Below the pieces are notes generated by a model. The model did not search any database, had not been told where the DNA came from, and worked only from the letters and a program-made list of their open reading frames with translations. A stretch of 64,000 nucleotides of DNA from Glaucostegus cemiculus. Taxonomy: Eukaryota. The first letter of the stretch is position 1, and the number at the start of each line of letters is the position of its first letter. The DNA is taken from the NCBI GenBank assembly GCA_976551045.1, contig CDPCPM010000091.1, positions 14,818,001-14,882,000 of the forward strand, in the 5' to 3' direction. The translations under genes and the position numbers were made by a program. Shown in pieces: positions 61,991 to 64,000 of the stretch.

Positions 61991-64000
61991 CCTTTTAATT
62001 TTATGACTGTTCTGTTTTCTGTGTTTTGAAGAGGCAATTACATTTATAACAGCACAGAATTTTTCCAGTTAAGATAAGATTACAGGTGAGGCGCTGGGCA
62101 TGAACTCTGGAGTACACTCAGTTACTTCTGATGCAAATGGATGGAACACACTATAAAAAGTAAAGGGGATATGGAGAAACTCATGTTGAATATTTGAAGG
62201 TTAATTATTAATGGACAGTTGACATGATTATGATGCTTAGAAGATGCTTGTGTACTTGGAATCTTGTTACCAAGTTTAACTTTTTCTGAAAACTATTTGC
62301 AAGGTGCCTTGGAGTTCTATAGTTCCAACATTTCCAACATTTCCTTTGCCAGATTACTGCTGCTTTACCTGGTTCCCGGGTGGTAACTGGCTGTAAGCGA
62401 CTTGGGTCAACTTTCAATATGTAAAGTGAATCCCAGTGATATCCATTTTGGTTGGAGGCTTGAGCTGACCATCATTGACCACTTCTCTCTGAACAGATAC
62501 AGACAGGATGCCAATGAAATTTAAGATATTGGGGCCTGGCCATTAAGATAAACTGGCTTTGTGTCGCCTGACTGCTTGTATGTTGTACATGGTGATCACT
62601 CCTCACTCCCCTAAAAGTAGGGGATAATTTTCCTTTCTCTGTCATTAACAGTTCTACTGCACTTAGAATGCACGGAGCCAGACCTTGTGCATAGCTTTGA
62701 AGCCTGTGCACATAGAGCTCAGCTGTTCAGTGACTGGAACGCAGTGCAAGCTGAACAGTATAACTTGTAACTGCCCCTTCAGAGTATGAACCACGGGGAC
62801 TGGTGTCAAATGTGCCCTTCTTGAAAACCACAACAGCATATTTTTATTAATACCAGTTGGTTTTCCTTGACATTTATATGGGCATCTCTAAATTTACTTC
62901 ATCCACAGTAGATGGCATTTACTTCATCATTTTATATTAAACTATTTTTTTCTTCCCCTGGTAAAAGAATGATAAATTTAATTTTGGGATGCGTGCAGTC
63001 AATTTGAAATGTTTCCTCACTGCTTCCTCCCTGATAATCACAAACGCTGCTAGTCCTTTCCAAGCAGCAGTATTTCTCTTAGACACAGAGCTTGGATGTA
63101 TAATATGTGAATGCAAGTAAACAATGACTGAAATAAACTGCATCACCTTACAGAATTTAATTGTACTTTCATACCCTCTTGCCCCTCTGTGTTGGAGTGC
63201 ATTTATTGTGAAAGAAGCTATTGCAATTGACTTGTGAATTAAATATACTTTAACAGCTCTACTCTAAGAGGTTTATACACATAGACTCTTTTGTTCAGTT
63301 TACCAATGAGCACACTCGGGTTACAAGACCCTGGCCAGAGAGGACTATAAACGTGCAATCAGTGTCTGACACCTTTGGGGAACTAGAAAGGAAAAACTAG
63401 GATACTCGAGAGGCAGGACGAGGCCAAAGATGACTACTGCCTTCTGGATAGAGCCCAAGGTAGAAATCAGATGCCTGTAAGGGTTTACTAAGGCAATGAA
63501 ACAAAGATGTTCATCAGCTAATAAAAGGACTTAATGTAAGAAGACTTGAAACAGAGTAGTATGGACCATGAAGATTGAGGTGTTCTCATCTGGAAGGCTT
63601 CAAGCAGTAGCATGGCATCGGGTTAACAGGTGGGAAGGATCAGCATTGCCATCTCCTGGGTCTTGGCAGTAATTAATGTTTCTGTTAATTTGACATCATT
63701 CTGAAGGGAAAATGTGGACTTGGCAGAATCATCCCCACCTCAATTCTGGCAAAACAAAGCATAATCTTTACTGCAGATAACTACAACACTCCCAGCTACA
63801 TTCCTCATTAACTCATTACGGGAAACAACTTGGGATGCATAGAAATAGAAAATAATGCATATTTATTTTGTTGGGATGACACAGTATGTAATGAATTGGA
63901 ATTTTTTGTTGCTCCAAATATTTTTTTTATTGTGACTCAGTAATTTCAGACTATCAATATATTGGCTTGTCATAAAGGTTTAGTTATTTCAGTGAGGAAT

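Overview
Eukaryotic, non-coding (intronic or intergenic) vertebrate DNA that is heavily repeat-derived. The repeat set points to a cartilaginous fish (shark or ray; inference): HE1-like V-SINEs, many CR1 LINEs, Rex1/Babar, Penelope, Tx1, L2/Deu-SINE and RTE remnants. No intact protein-coding gene, rRNA, tRNA gene or CRISPR array is supported. The longer ORFs are transposon fragments or their antisense frames, and only a few short candidate host exons can be proposed. Most notable: (i) decayed minimal hammerhead-ribozyme motifs in a Penelope element and in four palindromic Penelope-derived mini-elements, one of them inserted into the ribozyme site of an antisense copy; (ii) one V-SINE head and core carrying either a CR1-type or a Rex1-type 3' tail; (iii) a GC-rich non-coding element with a Rex1 3' end; (iv) two clean solo LTRs with 4-bp target-site duplications (TSDs), one with full retroviral U3-R-U5 layout; (v) RTE-like 5'-end-only repeats; (vi) eroded Myb/SANT (Harbinger-type) remnants. 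Family names come from motif recognition by eye, with no database search. Boundaries of old repeats are approximate.
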